From an uncultured Planctomycetota bacterium (GTDB lineage Bacteria > Planctomycetota > Planctomycetia > Isosphaerales > Isosphaeraceae), in the NCBI GenBank assembly GCA_963845755.1, contig CAWJTV010000005.1, forward strand, positions 544,001 to 608,000: a DNA stretch of 64,000 nt, in the 5' to 3' direction. The notes beneath the pieces were generated by a model. That model made no database searches. It was given only the letters and a program-made list of their open reading frames with translations, and was not told the origin of the DNA. Of the stretch, positions 9,807 through 18,876 are shown in pieces. A program made the translations under genes and the position numbers. The stretch's first letter is position 1; the number at the start of each line of letters is the position of its first letter.

Positions 9807-11348
9807 ATGAATCGCAGGGGCAAGGTCTACCTCGTCGGCGCCGGACCGGGCGATCCCGGATTGCTAACCCGGCGCGGCGCGGCGGTCCTTGCGCGCGGAT
9901 GTTGTGGTATATGACCATCTCGCCAGTGCACGGCTGCTCGATCTCGCTCCGCGAGAGGCCCTGCGGATCTGCGCCGGCAAGTCGGTCGGTCACTGCACAA
10001 TGACGCAGGACCGGATCCACGATTTGTTGATCGAGCACGCGAAGGCGGGCGACTCCGTAGTTCGTCTCAAGGGAGGCGATCCACTGATCTTTGGGCGTGG
10101 GGCCGAAGAGGCTTCGAGCTCTCCGGGCCGCGGGCATCCCGTTCGAAATCGTTCCGGGTGTGACGGCGGGGGTCGGTGCCACCGCCTTTGCCGGGATCCC
10201 CGTGACACATCGTGACTGCGCTTCGGCAGTGGCCTTCGTCACGGGTCATACCGACCCGGAATCGGCAGAGCCGGGCGCCGGCCTCGACTGGCCGGCCCTC
10301 GCCCATTTCCCGGGCACGCTCGTGGTCTACATGGGTGTGACACACCTCTCGTCGATTTGCCGCACGCTCATCCGGGAGGGAAAGCCCGCCGAGACGCCGG
10401 CCGCGGTCATCGAGTCCGGGACCCTGTCCGCACAACGTACACACGTGGCCACGCTGGCGACCATCGGCGGAGGCCGCGCGCGACGCAGGCGTTCAGCCCC
10501 CGGCGCTTCTGGTCGTTGGTCCAGTCGTCGCCCTCAGAGACCGGCTCGATTGGTACGAAAGTCTGCCGCTCTTCGGCCAGAGAATAATTATCACGCGGCC
10601 CGCGGACGAGGCCAGTCATGCCGCGGCCATCCTGGAGGCACTCGGTGCGGAGGCCATCCTGGCACCGACCGTGGAAATCCGCCCGATCGCCGATCCCGCG
10701 CCGCTCGATCGTGCGATCGAGGAATTGCGCGACTACGAGTGGTTGGTCTTCACTTCCTCGAACGGCGTCCGATTTTTCATGGAGCGCCTGGAAGGATCGG
10801 GCCGGGACATGCGGGCTCTCGGCCACCTCCAGATCGCCGCCATCGGACCGGTCACGGCGGAGACGCTGGGCGAATTCCACCTCCGTGCCGACCTCGTCCC
10901 GGAATCGTACCGATCGGAGTCTCTGGCCGCGGCACTCCTGCAGAAGGCCAAGGGACGCAAAGTCCTCCTCGCCCGAGCCGACCGCGGTCGAACTCTGCTG
11001 AAGGACGAACTCCAGCAGGTGGCCGAAGTCGCTCAGGTGGCCGTTTACCATCATGCCGATGTCGAGTCGTTGCCGGATGATCTCGTCGGCCGAATCGTTT
11101 CGGGTACCGTCGATTGGATCACGATAACCAGTTCCGCCATCGTGATGCAGCTCCACGCGCTACTGCCGCCTGCTGCACGACAGCGGGTTGGCCGCGACGT
11201 TCGCCTTGCGAGCCTCAGCCCGGTCACTTCGGAGACAGCCTCCCGCCTCGGCTGGGACGTCGCCGTCGAAGCCAGGGAATATACCTGGGAGGGCTTGGTC
11301 CACTCGCTCGTGGAGCGGGTCACGGCCGATCGTCAACGGTCTCGATGA
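9807..11348 (+). CDS. cobA/hemD: Fused uroporphyrinogen-III C-methyltransferase / uroporphyrinogen-III synthase, three apparent frameshifts (about 9895, 10115, 10467)
   Basis: MNRRGKVYLVGAGPGDPGLLT, VVRLKGGDPLIFGRG, VPGVTAG..GIPVTHR, then HemD motifs WLVFTSSNGV, AAIGPVTA and ITSS in successive frames. Confidence 0.88.
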
Positions 11349-11593
11349 TCAAGGACCTCACCGGTCGATCTCCGACGGTGAGGTCCCGTCGAACCCCCGG
11401 GCGCTGTCGTCTCACGCAACTCCAACACGGTCTCGATGCCCTGCCATAACAGGAACGCCGCTGCCAGGATGAAGAGTACATCCATCGCGATGTAGCGACC
11501 GAAGATCCCCGCGGCCAGGTCGAGCCCGAATATGAGCAGAACCAATCCGGCGACCCCGATCGCCGAGTAGGTGATGATCTTGTCAATCTCCAT
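11333..11593 (-). CDS. Small two-helix membrane protein
   Basis: MEIDKIITYSAIGVAGLVLLIFGLDLAAGIFGRYIAMDVLFILAAAFLLWQG; GGAG shortly upstream. Confidence 0.6.
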   Translation of the reverse strand: MEIDKIITYSAIGVAGLVLLIFGLDLAAGIFGRYIAMDVLFILAAAFLLWQGIETVLELRETTAPGGSTGPHRRRSTGEVLDHRDR

Positions 11594-11705
11594 GTGATGG
11601 AGCTCCGCTGATTGTGACAAAGGACGTAACAAGTCCAATTTACCACAAAGCTGTGACTCTGGGAGTAAGGAATCGGCCCGACTGCTCAAGTCGCGCGGCC
11701 GGCTA

Positions 11706-12200
11706 TTACGACGGTCGAATCGGAATCGTTCGAGGCTTGACGGCCGTTTGTTTCGGGAGCCGGATTTTCAAGACTCCATGGCTCGCTTCGGCTTCGGCGC
11801 GTTCCAGATCGACTTGATTCGGGAGCGTGATCTGGCGAGAGAAGAGGCCGAAGACGCGTTCACGGACCGGGAACACGGCTTCCGGCAGTTCCGCTTCCTC
11901 TTTGACTCCGCGAAGCGTGAGAGTATTGCCTGTGACGGCCAGGTCGATCGACGCGGGATCGACGCCCGGTACTTCGGCGTGGATGAAGATCGCATCGGGT
12001 GTCTCGAACACGTCGACCGTCGGAATCCAGGCCGTCGGCTCCAGATCGGTTGCCGGTGACGCGGCGCTGCGGAATCCGGGCGGTTGCAAATAATCCTCCA
12101 GCAGGCGGTTCAATTCCTGCTGGAGGACTTGAAACGCATTGGTCGCCTCACGACGCCATTGACTCGGTCGAGACACGTTCGGGCTCCGTAGAAGGTCCAC
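11706..12200 (-). CDS. Hsp20/alpha-crystallin small heat-shock protein
   Basis: WIPTVDVFET..AEVPGV..ERVFGLFSRQITLP..GVLKIRLPK..IPI. Confidence 0.92.
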   Translation of the reverse strand: MDLLRSPNVSRPSQWRREATNAFQVLQQELNRLLEDYLQPPGFRSAASPATDLEPTAWIPTVDVFETPDAIFIHAEVPGVDPASIDLAVTGNTLTLRGVKEEAELPEAVFPVRERVFGLFSRQITLPNQVDLERAEAEASHGVLKIRLPKQTAVKPRTIPIRPS

Positions 12201-12261
12201 CGTGGGAGCGTGGCTCCATACACCAATCCGGGAATCTCCCGGTGGGTGCGACAGGGTAGAT

Positions 12262-12687
12262 TTACGACTTGATCTCGATTCGGCGCGTACGGGTTCCTTC
12301 AGACTTGGGGAGGACTAGCCGCAGGACTCCGTTCTTGAGTTCCGCGACGATCCGGTCTTTGTCAACCTCGTCGCTGAGAATAAAGGAGCGCCGGTAATCA
12401 CCTAGACAGTATTCCTCGTGTAACAGCCGCGCCCCTGAGGGCGCCGGGGAATCGATCCGCGCCTGGAGACTCAGGACGTTGTCCTCCAACTGGATCGTCA
12501 GGTTTTGCTCGTTGGCACCGGGCAAGTCGGCCTCGAGGATCAGACCGTCCGGCCCTTCGTGAATGTCGATCGGCGGTGTAAAGGATCGGAGCACCTGGGG
12601 AATATCCTCGCGGGCCTGGCTCGGCGAGACCTCCTCGGGCGGAGGCGACCCCACGCGTACTCGGATCGTCGGATTTTCCGCGCTCAT
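12262..12687 (-). CDS. Hsp20/alpha-crystallin small heat-shock protein
   Basis: FTPPIDIHE..ADLPG..YRRSFILSDEVD..LKNGVLRLVLPK..IEI; start at MSAENP. Confidence 0.92.
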   Translation of the reverse strand: MSAENPTIRVRVGSPPPEEVSPSQAREDIPQVLRSFTPPIDIHEGPDGLILEADLPGANEQNLTIQLEDNVLSLQARIDSPAPSGARLLHEEYCLGDYRRSFILSDEVDKDRIVAELKNGVLRLVLPKSEGTRTRRIEIKS

Positions 12688-12856
12688 GGATCTTCTTGGC
12701 TCCCGACCTAAGTTAGGGAATCGGCTATCCCGAATCTCGCCGGGAATCGACTCATGGCACTCGCATCGAGGCGATACCGCGGCTGGCGAACCGGCGGACT
12801 CCAAGAACGGCCGAACGAGGGTCGTCGAGGAACCGGCTTGTGAGCCACCTCTGCCG

Positions 12857-13306
12857 TCAGACCGCCTCGGAGACACCGATGACCGCGATGTGACGGGGCT
12901 TGGCTCCCTCCGCCTTGGGGAGGTTGACCGTGAGAATTCCATTGGTGAAGGAGGCCGAAACCTGGCCGTTTTCCACTCGGTCCGGCAATGTGACAGTCCG
13001 GGACCAACGGCCCATGGGGCGCTCCTGTCGTCGGTAATTGTCGTCTCGGACTCCTTCGGCCCGTCTCCGCTCGCCCCGCATCGTCAGCGTCTCGCCCGTG
13101 ATGGTCAGCTCGATGTCACCGGGCGCGATCCCCGGCAACTGTGCCGAGAGAATATAGTGATCGCCCGCATCATAGAGGTTGAGGGGTGGATAGACCTCTG
13201 CGCGACGCGTGGCCTGAAAAGGATCCAGTGATTCGAGAAGACGGCCGACCTCACGTTGCAATTCGCGAAATGGATCCCAACGTCTCTGCCAGTGCAGCCC
13301 ACCCAT
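12857..13306 (-). CDS. Hsp20/alpha-crystallin small heat-shock protein
   Basis: WDPFREL, YPPLNLYD, QERPMGRWSRTVTLP and NGILTVNLPK motifs. Confidence 0.92.
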   Translation of the reverse strand: MGGLHWQRRWDPFRELQREVGRLLESLDPFQATRRAEVYPPLNLYDAGDHYILSAQLPGIAPGDIELTITGETLTMRGERRRAEGVRDDNYRRQERPMGRWSRTVTLPDRVENGQVSASFTNGILTVNLPKAEGAKPRHIAVIGVSEAV

Positions 13307-13360
13307 GGTATTCCCTCGCCTGCCCTGTCTCAGCTCCGACCGGAACCACCAGACCACTCA

Positions 13361-13616
13361 GAGTCGTTTCCACAGAGCCCCGGAGGGGCGACCGGCCGTA
13401 GCCAGGGGCGTGAGCCCCTGGACGATCGACCGCGACCCCCTCGACCGTCGTTCGAGCCCCGGAGGGGCGACAGAAGTCCTCAGGGCCACAGGGTTTCTGT
13501 CGCCCCTCCGGGGCTTCCCGGATCGGAGGAACTCCCCTCGTCCAGGGGCTCACGCCCCTGGCTACGTGCTTCCTCCCCCTTCCGGGGGCTCAGGAGGGGA
13601 CTTAGGGAACAGATTC
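13361..13616. mobile_element. MITE-like REPIN-cargo element (copy 2, uninterrupted)
   Basis: Ends GAGTCGTTTCC and GGGAACAGATTC; GTAG-CCAGGGGCGTGAGCCCCTGG and its inverted copy; AGCCCCGGAGGGGCGACAGA inverted pair. Confidence 0.85.
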
Positions 13617-13653
13617 TAAGATCGATCCGAAGACTTTCTGTTCACCTTCACTA

Positions 13654-13669
13654 AGCAGCCTTCGTACCA
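13654..13669 (-). promoter_or_regulatory. Putative sigma54 (-24/-12) promoter of the Hsp20 operon
   Basis: Minus strand TGGTACGAAGGCTGCT = GG-N10-GC, matching TGGCACG-N4-TTGCW and oriented toward the Hsp20 genes. Confidence 0.65.
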
Positions 13670-13789
13670 TCTCTGGGTGCGGAATGATAATTCCTGCGAT
13701 CTCAACGTAATTCTAGAATTGATAAAGAACTGTGACAAGCCAGTTGGAAGGAGGCCTGTCTGCGGCAGTCGCCAGGTGATACGAGAACC

Positions 13790-13852
13790 CGCCAAAATGG
13801 CAGATTTCAGACTTGGGATTGTCACTGAGTCGGATAGGCTGCCGAACTGGCA
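13790..13852. promoter_or_regulatory. Putative enhancer-binding-protein sites, (T/C)GCC-N5-GGCA palindromes
   Basis: CGCCAAAATGGCA at 13790-13802 and TGCCGAACTGGCA at 13840-13852, 120-180 bp upstream of the sigma54 site with an AT-rich spacer. Confidence 0.5.
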
Positions 13853-13898
13853 GCTAGAATTGAGATGGACGCGGAACGATCTGATGCAGCGGGACCGA

Positions 13899-15456
13899 TT
13901 ACCACGAGACGGTCAGTTCTCGGAACTCGGCCGCACTCTGGGAACCAGGCTCGATCGTCAGCCGATCGGACGAAGGTTCGGAAAACGGCTCATCGGACAC
14001 GGGTTGTCCGTCAACTTCCACGATCACGTTGCGATGATCCCGATGAAGATGGACTCGGCGCCAGGAATTACCAACAATCGATCCACGTGGTGGGGTTCGC
14101 CGGGGAAGATGCTGCCTTCTTCAAAAGGTAGCCGGCGATACGGATTTGCTCCAGGTCGTTCGCCGTGGAAAGCACCTCAACATCGAGATCGAATGATGAA
14201 GGCAGGGCCAAGGGCATCTCGTAGGCGACCGACCGACCGTTCGGTCAACCGGGCAGCGGCTTCGCTACGAAGTATTTGACATGAAATCGGCGTGAGACCG
14301 GAATTGGTCGCGTATTCGAGGGCGAACCAACGGCTTCGACGTTCGGCCAGCGGATGACCAGGCAGGCCGCGAGCACCGATGCTCCGACTACCGCGAGGTT
14401 CAAGGCCCATGACCAGAAGCGGGGCGTACGGGTCTCGATCGGGAACGGACAATGGAGCAACATCAGGATTCGCTGGAACAGAGCGGACGGCACGACCGCT
14501 ATTTCACTGGAAGTCGAGGTCGGAGCCGACTCGCTGGTACCGGCCGGGCCCTCGAGCGAGCCGTTAGCCGCCATGAGTAGTAGCGATGAGGCGTATTCCG
14601 ACGATGCCCCGTATTCCCTGGCTGCGGACTGGTCCGCGAGAAACTCCTGATCGATCATAAGCTGCGATCGGAGCCACCAGGTGTGCGGAAGGAAGAACCA
14701 AACGGTCTGAGCCAGGTTGGCCACAGCATTGAACCCGTAGTCGTACCTTTCGACGTGAGCCAGCTCGTGGAGAAGGCTCAGTCGCAACGACTCCAGATCG
14801 CCGGACGGGAGATCCAATGAGAACGGGATCAGAATGGTCGGGTGGATCAAACCGACCACGACCGGGCGATGGACACGCGTTGACACGCGTAACGCCGACC
14901 GTCTCCAGAGATGCGAGCCGAGTGTGACGAGTTGTTCATGGAGTAGGCGAGAGGCCGTTGAGGGCGGATGCGACCGTCGAATCAGCCACTGAACGCCTCC
15001 GAAACCCAGGAGGAGCCAGGCAAAGCCAGCACTCATCCCGGCCAGAACGAGCACGACCACGAAATGTGCGACCCACCTCCAGTACCATGACCTCGGGCGC
15101 AGCCGCATGGCTCGAAATGTCGGGATCGGACCCGAGCCCGGAGAAGCCGAAACTGCTGACGGTTGAGGAGGTTCGTCAGACGAGGCAGACGGGAAAAAGG
15201 GGCGGGGAATCAACTCGGAGGAGAGAACAACCTTCACCAGGTTGAGTCGAGGTAACGAATTCAGACGGGTCAGGGGGATGATCGCCAGCGATGCTAGCAG
15301 CGCCACCCGTGCGATGAGGATTCGTCGCGCGGGTTGGCGACACGCCAGCATCGCCAGCACGACCACACTGAAGAAAAGACTAGCCGACAAGGCGGCATCG
15401 AAGGTTTCCGTCTCCACCCACTCCCAAGCGCTCATGGTCGAGTCCGCTCCGGTCAC
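13899..15456 (-). CDS. BlaR1/MecR1-like M56 metallopeptidase; C-terminal domain separated by an in-frame TGA (14245-14247) and a further frameshift
   Basis: LLHELAHVER (HExxH), WFFLPHTWW and QEFLADQ motifs; protein-like reading continues PNGRSVAYEMPLALP.. and then ..RVHLHRD..VEVDG..FRELTVSW* (stop 13899). Confidence 0.8.
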
Positions 15457-15478
15457 TCACGCCGGGAGAAAGGTGACA

Positions 15479-15910
15479 TCACGTTTCCTCGACTGCACAC
15501 AGCTCGCTGACCTCCGTTCCGAGGCTCGACTGACGCTGCGCTTCGTCAATCATAACGCGCAGCCGGTCCAATTCCTCGGCGGTCGGAGACTTTGAGCCTA
15601 GCAGAGCGACCATGACGCGGTCCAGAGCCCCGTCGAAGACTCGATCCACAAATCGGCGTGTCAACTCGCCGATCGTGCGTTCCGACGACTTCTTGGGGAT
15701 GTAGACGAACGTACGGCCTTCGACGACGTGTCGAACCAGTCCTTTCTTATCTTCCATGATGTTGAGTAGAGTCTGCACGGTGCTGTAAGCGACCGGACCC
15801 GCTGTCCGGTTCAAGTCCTCCTGCACCTCGCGCACGCTGGCCCGCCCGCGAACCCACAAGACCTTCATGATCTCCAGCTCGCGATCGGTCACCATCTGAG
15901 TCTTCCGCAT
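15479..15910 (-). CDS. BlaI/MecI/CopY family transcriptional repressor
   Basis: TDRELEIMKVLW..ASVREV..AYSTVQTLL..GRTFVY..FVDRVFDG; adjacent to the M56 gene. Confidence 0.92.
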   Translation of the reverse strand: MRKTQMVTDRELEIMKVLWVRGRASVREVQEDLNRTAGPVAYSTVQTLLNIMEDKKGLVRHVVEGRTFVYIPKKSSERTIGELTRRFVDRVFDGALDRVMVALLGSKSPTAEELDRLRVMIDEAQRQSSLGTEVSELCAVEET

Positions 15911-16279
15911 AGCCTCCTCCTCTGATAACGGGAAAAACGAGAATAATCAAACTCGTAACCTAACGAGCACCTTCACAATACGCAACCCGAAGCAACTCGG
16001 AATTCGGGCGACTCCATCGGGATGTACCGCCCGTGCCGGAGTGAGACATGAGGATGGTCGTGACGCCCGTTCTGATCGATCCGAGCACGGAAGTCATGGC
16101 TCGGCAAGGGATTCCGACAAGGACTCCGAAACGGCGAACGGTCGATCCACCGGCGAACCTCCTGACCGTGCGCGTGTCATCTGTCGAGGAGGCGGCTGCA
16201 TTTGCTAGAATCCCAGGATGTCCTTACTTATCGCCCTTACGGAAGAAGGGATGGAATCCCCGAGGTTCTGAGCACGTTA

Positions 16280-16399
16280 GAGTCGGTCCCAGAAGGGCGA
16301 GCGGGGGGCGTCAGCCCCCTGTCCGGTGAGCGACGGACCTCCAAGACAGGGGGCTGACGCCCCCCGCTCGCCCGGACCGGCCCCTTCGGGGACAGACTC
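16280..16399. mobile_element. Short MITE-like element of the GAGTC(T/G)GT(T/C)CC TIR family with different hairpin cargo (copy 3)
   Basis: Ends GAGTCGGTCCC and GGGACAGACTC flanked by TTA/TGA; internal inverted repeat GGGCGAGCGGGGGGCGTCAGCCCCCTGTC / GACAGGGGGCTGACGCCCCCCGCTCGCCC. Confidence 0.75.
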
Positions 16400-16474
16400 T
16401 GAGTGCAGAGGATGACCGAACGCCTGGGGCCGGACCCGTATCACCAGCCACGAAGGACCGCGGATCGAGGATCA

Positions 16475-18093
16475 ATGACACGCATCTTCATGTACGATAC
16501 CACGTTACGCGACGGCAGCCAGGGCGAGGGAGTCAATTTTTCGCTCCAGGATAAGCTATTGATCACGGCGCGGCTGGATGCGGTGGGATTCGACTACATC
16601 GAGGGAGGCTATCCCCTTTCCAACCCCAAGGACGCCGCCTATTTCCGCGCCGTTGGCGATCTCGATCTGACTCATGCCAAAGTGACGGCGTTCGGCATGA
16701 CCCGTCGCCGGGATATTGCCGCTGAGGACGACACGGGGATGAAGGCACTGGTCGAAGCCCGAACTCCGGCGATCACGATTGTTGGCAAGAGTTGGGACCT
16801 GCACGTCCACGAAGTTCTCGGCGTGTCGCTCGAGGAGAATCTTCGGATGATCGGCGACTCGGTAGCCTTCTGCGCCGCATCCGCGCCCGAGGTCATCTAC
16901 GATGCGGAACATTTCTTCGACGGGTTCAAGCGTAATCCGGATTATACCCTGCGAACCATCCAGTCGGCCGCGGATGCCGGCGCGGCCTGGATCGTTCTCT
17001 GCGACACCAACGGAGGGGCATTGCCGGAGGAGGTAGCCGCCGCCATCGATCAGGTCGTTCGCGAAGTGAAGGTCCCCCTGGGTATCCACACACACAACGA
17101 TGGTGACCTCGCCGTCGCTAACGCCCTGATGGCGGTCCGCCATGGTGCGCGACAGGTCCAGGGGACGATCAACGGCCTGGGCGAACGTTGCGGCAACGTC
17201 AACCTTTGCAGTGTGGCGGCCAACCTGGCATTGAAATACCCTGGATCCTCGGTCCTGCTTCCCGGTCAACTCGCGCATCTAACCGAGGTCTCGCGCTACG
17301 TCTACGAGACGGCCAATATGAACTTCCGGCCGGGCCAGCCGTTCGTCGGCGCCAGTGCCTTCGCCCATAAAGGAGGTATGCACGTCCACGGGATCCGCAA
17401 GAACGCGATCAGTTACGAGCATATCGACCCGGCGACCGTCGGCAATGAGCGCCGGGTGCTCGTCAGCGAGTTGTCGGGGAAGTCGAATATCGCCGAGAAA
17501 CTCAGCGAGCACGGGCTAGAGCAGGACGATGCCTTGCTCGCGCAGGTCCTGGACTCGGTGCAGGACCTGGAGAATGAAGGCTACCAGTTCGAGGCCGCCG
17601 AGGCGTCGTTCGTCCTCCTGGTCGAGCGGCTGGCGGGCCGGCACCGCACGGGTTTCGAGGTGCTCGGCTACCATGTGAGCGTCAGCGGCGATTTCGGCGC
17701 GAAGTCTCGACCTCGACCGAGGCCACCATCAAGCTCCGGGTCAACGATACGATCGAGCACACGGTGAGCGAAGGCGACGGCCCGGTCAATGCCCTGGACG
17801 GCGCCTTGCGGAAGGCGCTGGAAGGGCATTTCCCCCGCCTCAAGGAGATGCACCTCGTCGATTACAAGGTCCGCGTCATCAATGAGCGAGCCGGTACCGC
17901 GGCGAGGGTCCGGGTCGTCATTGAAAGCAAGGACAACGATGACGTCTGGGGGACCGTAGGTGTGTCCGAGAACGTCATCGAAGCCAGTTGGCGGGCACTC
18001 GCAGACGCATTCGAATATAAGCTTTCGAAAGATGGACGCGCCGCGCCCGCGGTTTCGCGGACGAGGGGCGAGCGGCCCGTTGCGATCCGGTAA
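16475..18093 (+). CDS. cimA: Citramalate synthase (LeuA/CimA family), apparent frameshift at about 17700
   Basis: [35 protein letters not shown] and AFAHKGGMH motifs; C-terminal [25 protein letters not shown] in another frame. Confidence 0.9.
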
Positions 18094-18164
18094 TCTCGGG
18101 AACCTGGTCCCGTTGAGTGCCGAGACTCTTCTCGCCGCTCGCCACCATGACCAAGGAGACTGCC

Positions 18165-18665
18165 ATGGTACAGAACAACGACCCTGGAACTCTGGCCCAG
18201 ATCACGTCCGAGGAGTTCGCTCGCTATTTCCGCCATCTGGCCGGGCGCGCCGAACGCGCCGTGCTGGCCGTCCCGGAAGATAGGCTCTGGACCAAGCCAT
18301 TCGCGTTCGGCAACAGCATCGGCCACCTGGTGCTGCATCTCACCGGTAACTTGAACCATTATATCGGGGCGATCGTCGCTGGTACCGGCTATGTCCGGCA
18401 CCGCGAACACGAGTTTACAGACACCGAGAAACACCCTCGCGACCAGCTCCTGGCGAACTTCCGGAAGGCCGTGGATCAGGTCGTGCAGACCCTCGAATTC
18501 CAGGATGAGGCGGGATTCGCCACTCCGGTCTCCGAGCAGATGCCGATCCAGACCCGGTTCGGCTTGTTTCTGGTGTGTGCGGCTCACCTGAATAATCATA
18601 TCGGCCAGATGAGTTACCTGGTCCAGGCCCTCCAGTCCTCGACCCAGGAGCCGCCGGTCTGGTGA
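18165..18665 (+). CDS. DinB/DUF1572-like four-helix-bundle protein
   Basis: NSIGHLVLHLTGNL..RHREHEF..HLNNHIGQM; AAGGAG RBS upstream. Confidence 0.8.
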   Translation: MVQNNDPGTLAQITSEEFARYFRHLAGRAERAVLAVPEDRLWTKPFAFGNSIGHLVLHLTGNLNHYIGAIVAGTGYVRHREHEFTDTEKHPRDQLLANFRKAVDQVVQTLEFQDEAGFATPVSEQMPIQTRFGLFLVCAAHLNNHIGQMSYLVQALQSSTQEPPVW

Positions 18666-18876
18666 CCTCCTCGGCTGAATCAATCCCGGGCTCGATCCCT
18701 TGCCCCTGCGAACCGGGACAAAGGCCCGGAGTGTCCTTCCGGTGTGCCGTGACGGACCGCTATAGTGATGATGAACGGACGCTCTGGACCGATCACGGCG
18801 ATCGGATGTTCGGCGACCTGAGCGGTATGCAGCCGGCGTGTCCTCTGCAAGTAGACCCTACTCACAGAATCCGAGC

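Noticed and set aside
14245..14247. Selenocysteine or genome-wide recoding of TGA
   Set aside because: No redox-motif context or evident SECIS, TGA ends many genes here normally, and the window is error-rich.
13677..14279. 200-aa plus-strand ORF
   Set aside because: It overlaps the Hsp20 regulatory region and is antisense to the M56 tail; no recognisable motifs.
7852..16399. CRISPR array
   Set aside because: The repeats are inverted and dispersed, with no regular repeat-spacer period and no cas genes.
18666..18876. T-box leader upstream of valS
   Set aside because: No AAGGTGGNACCGCG-like T-box motif or terminator found.
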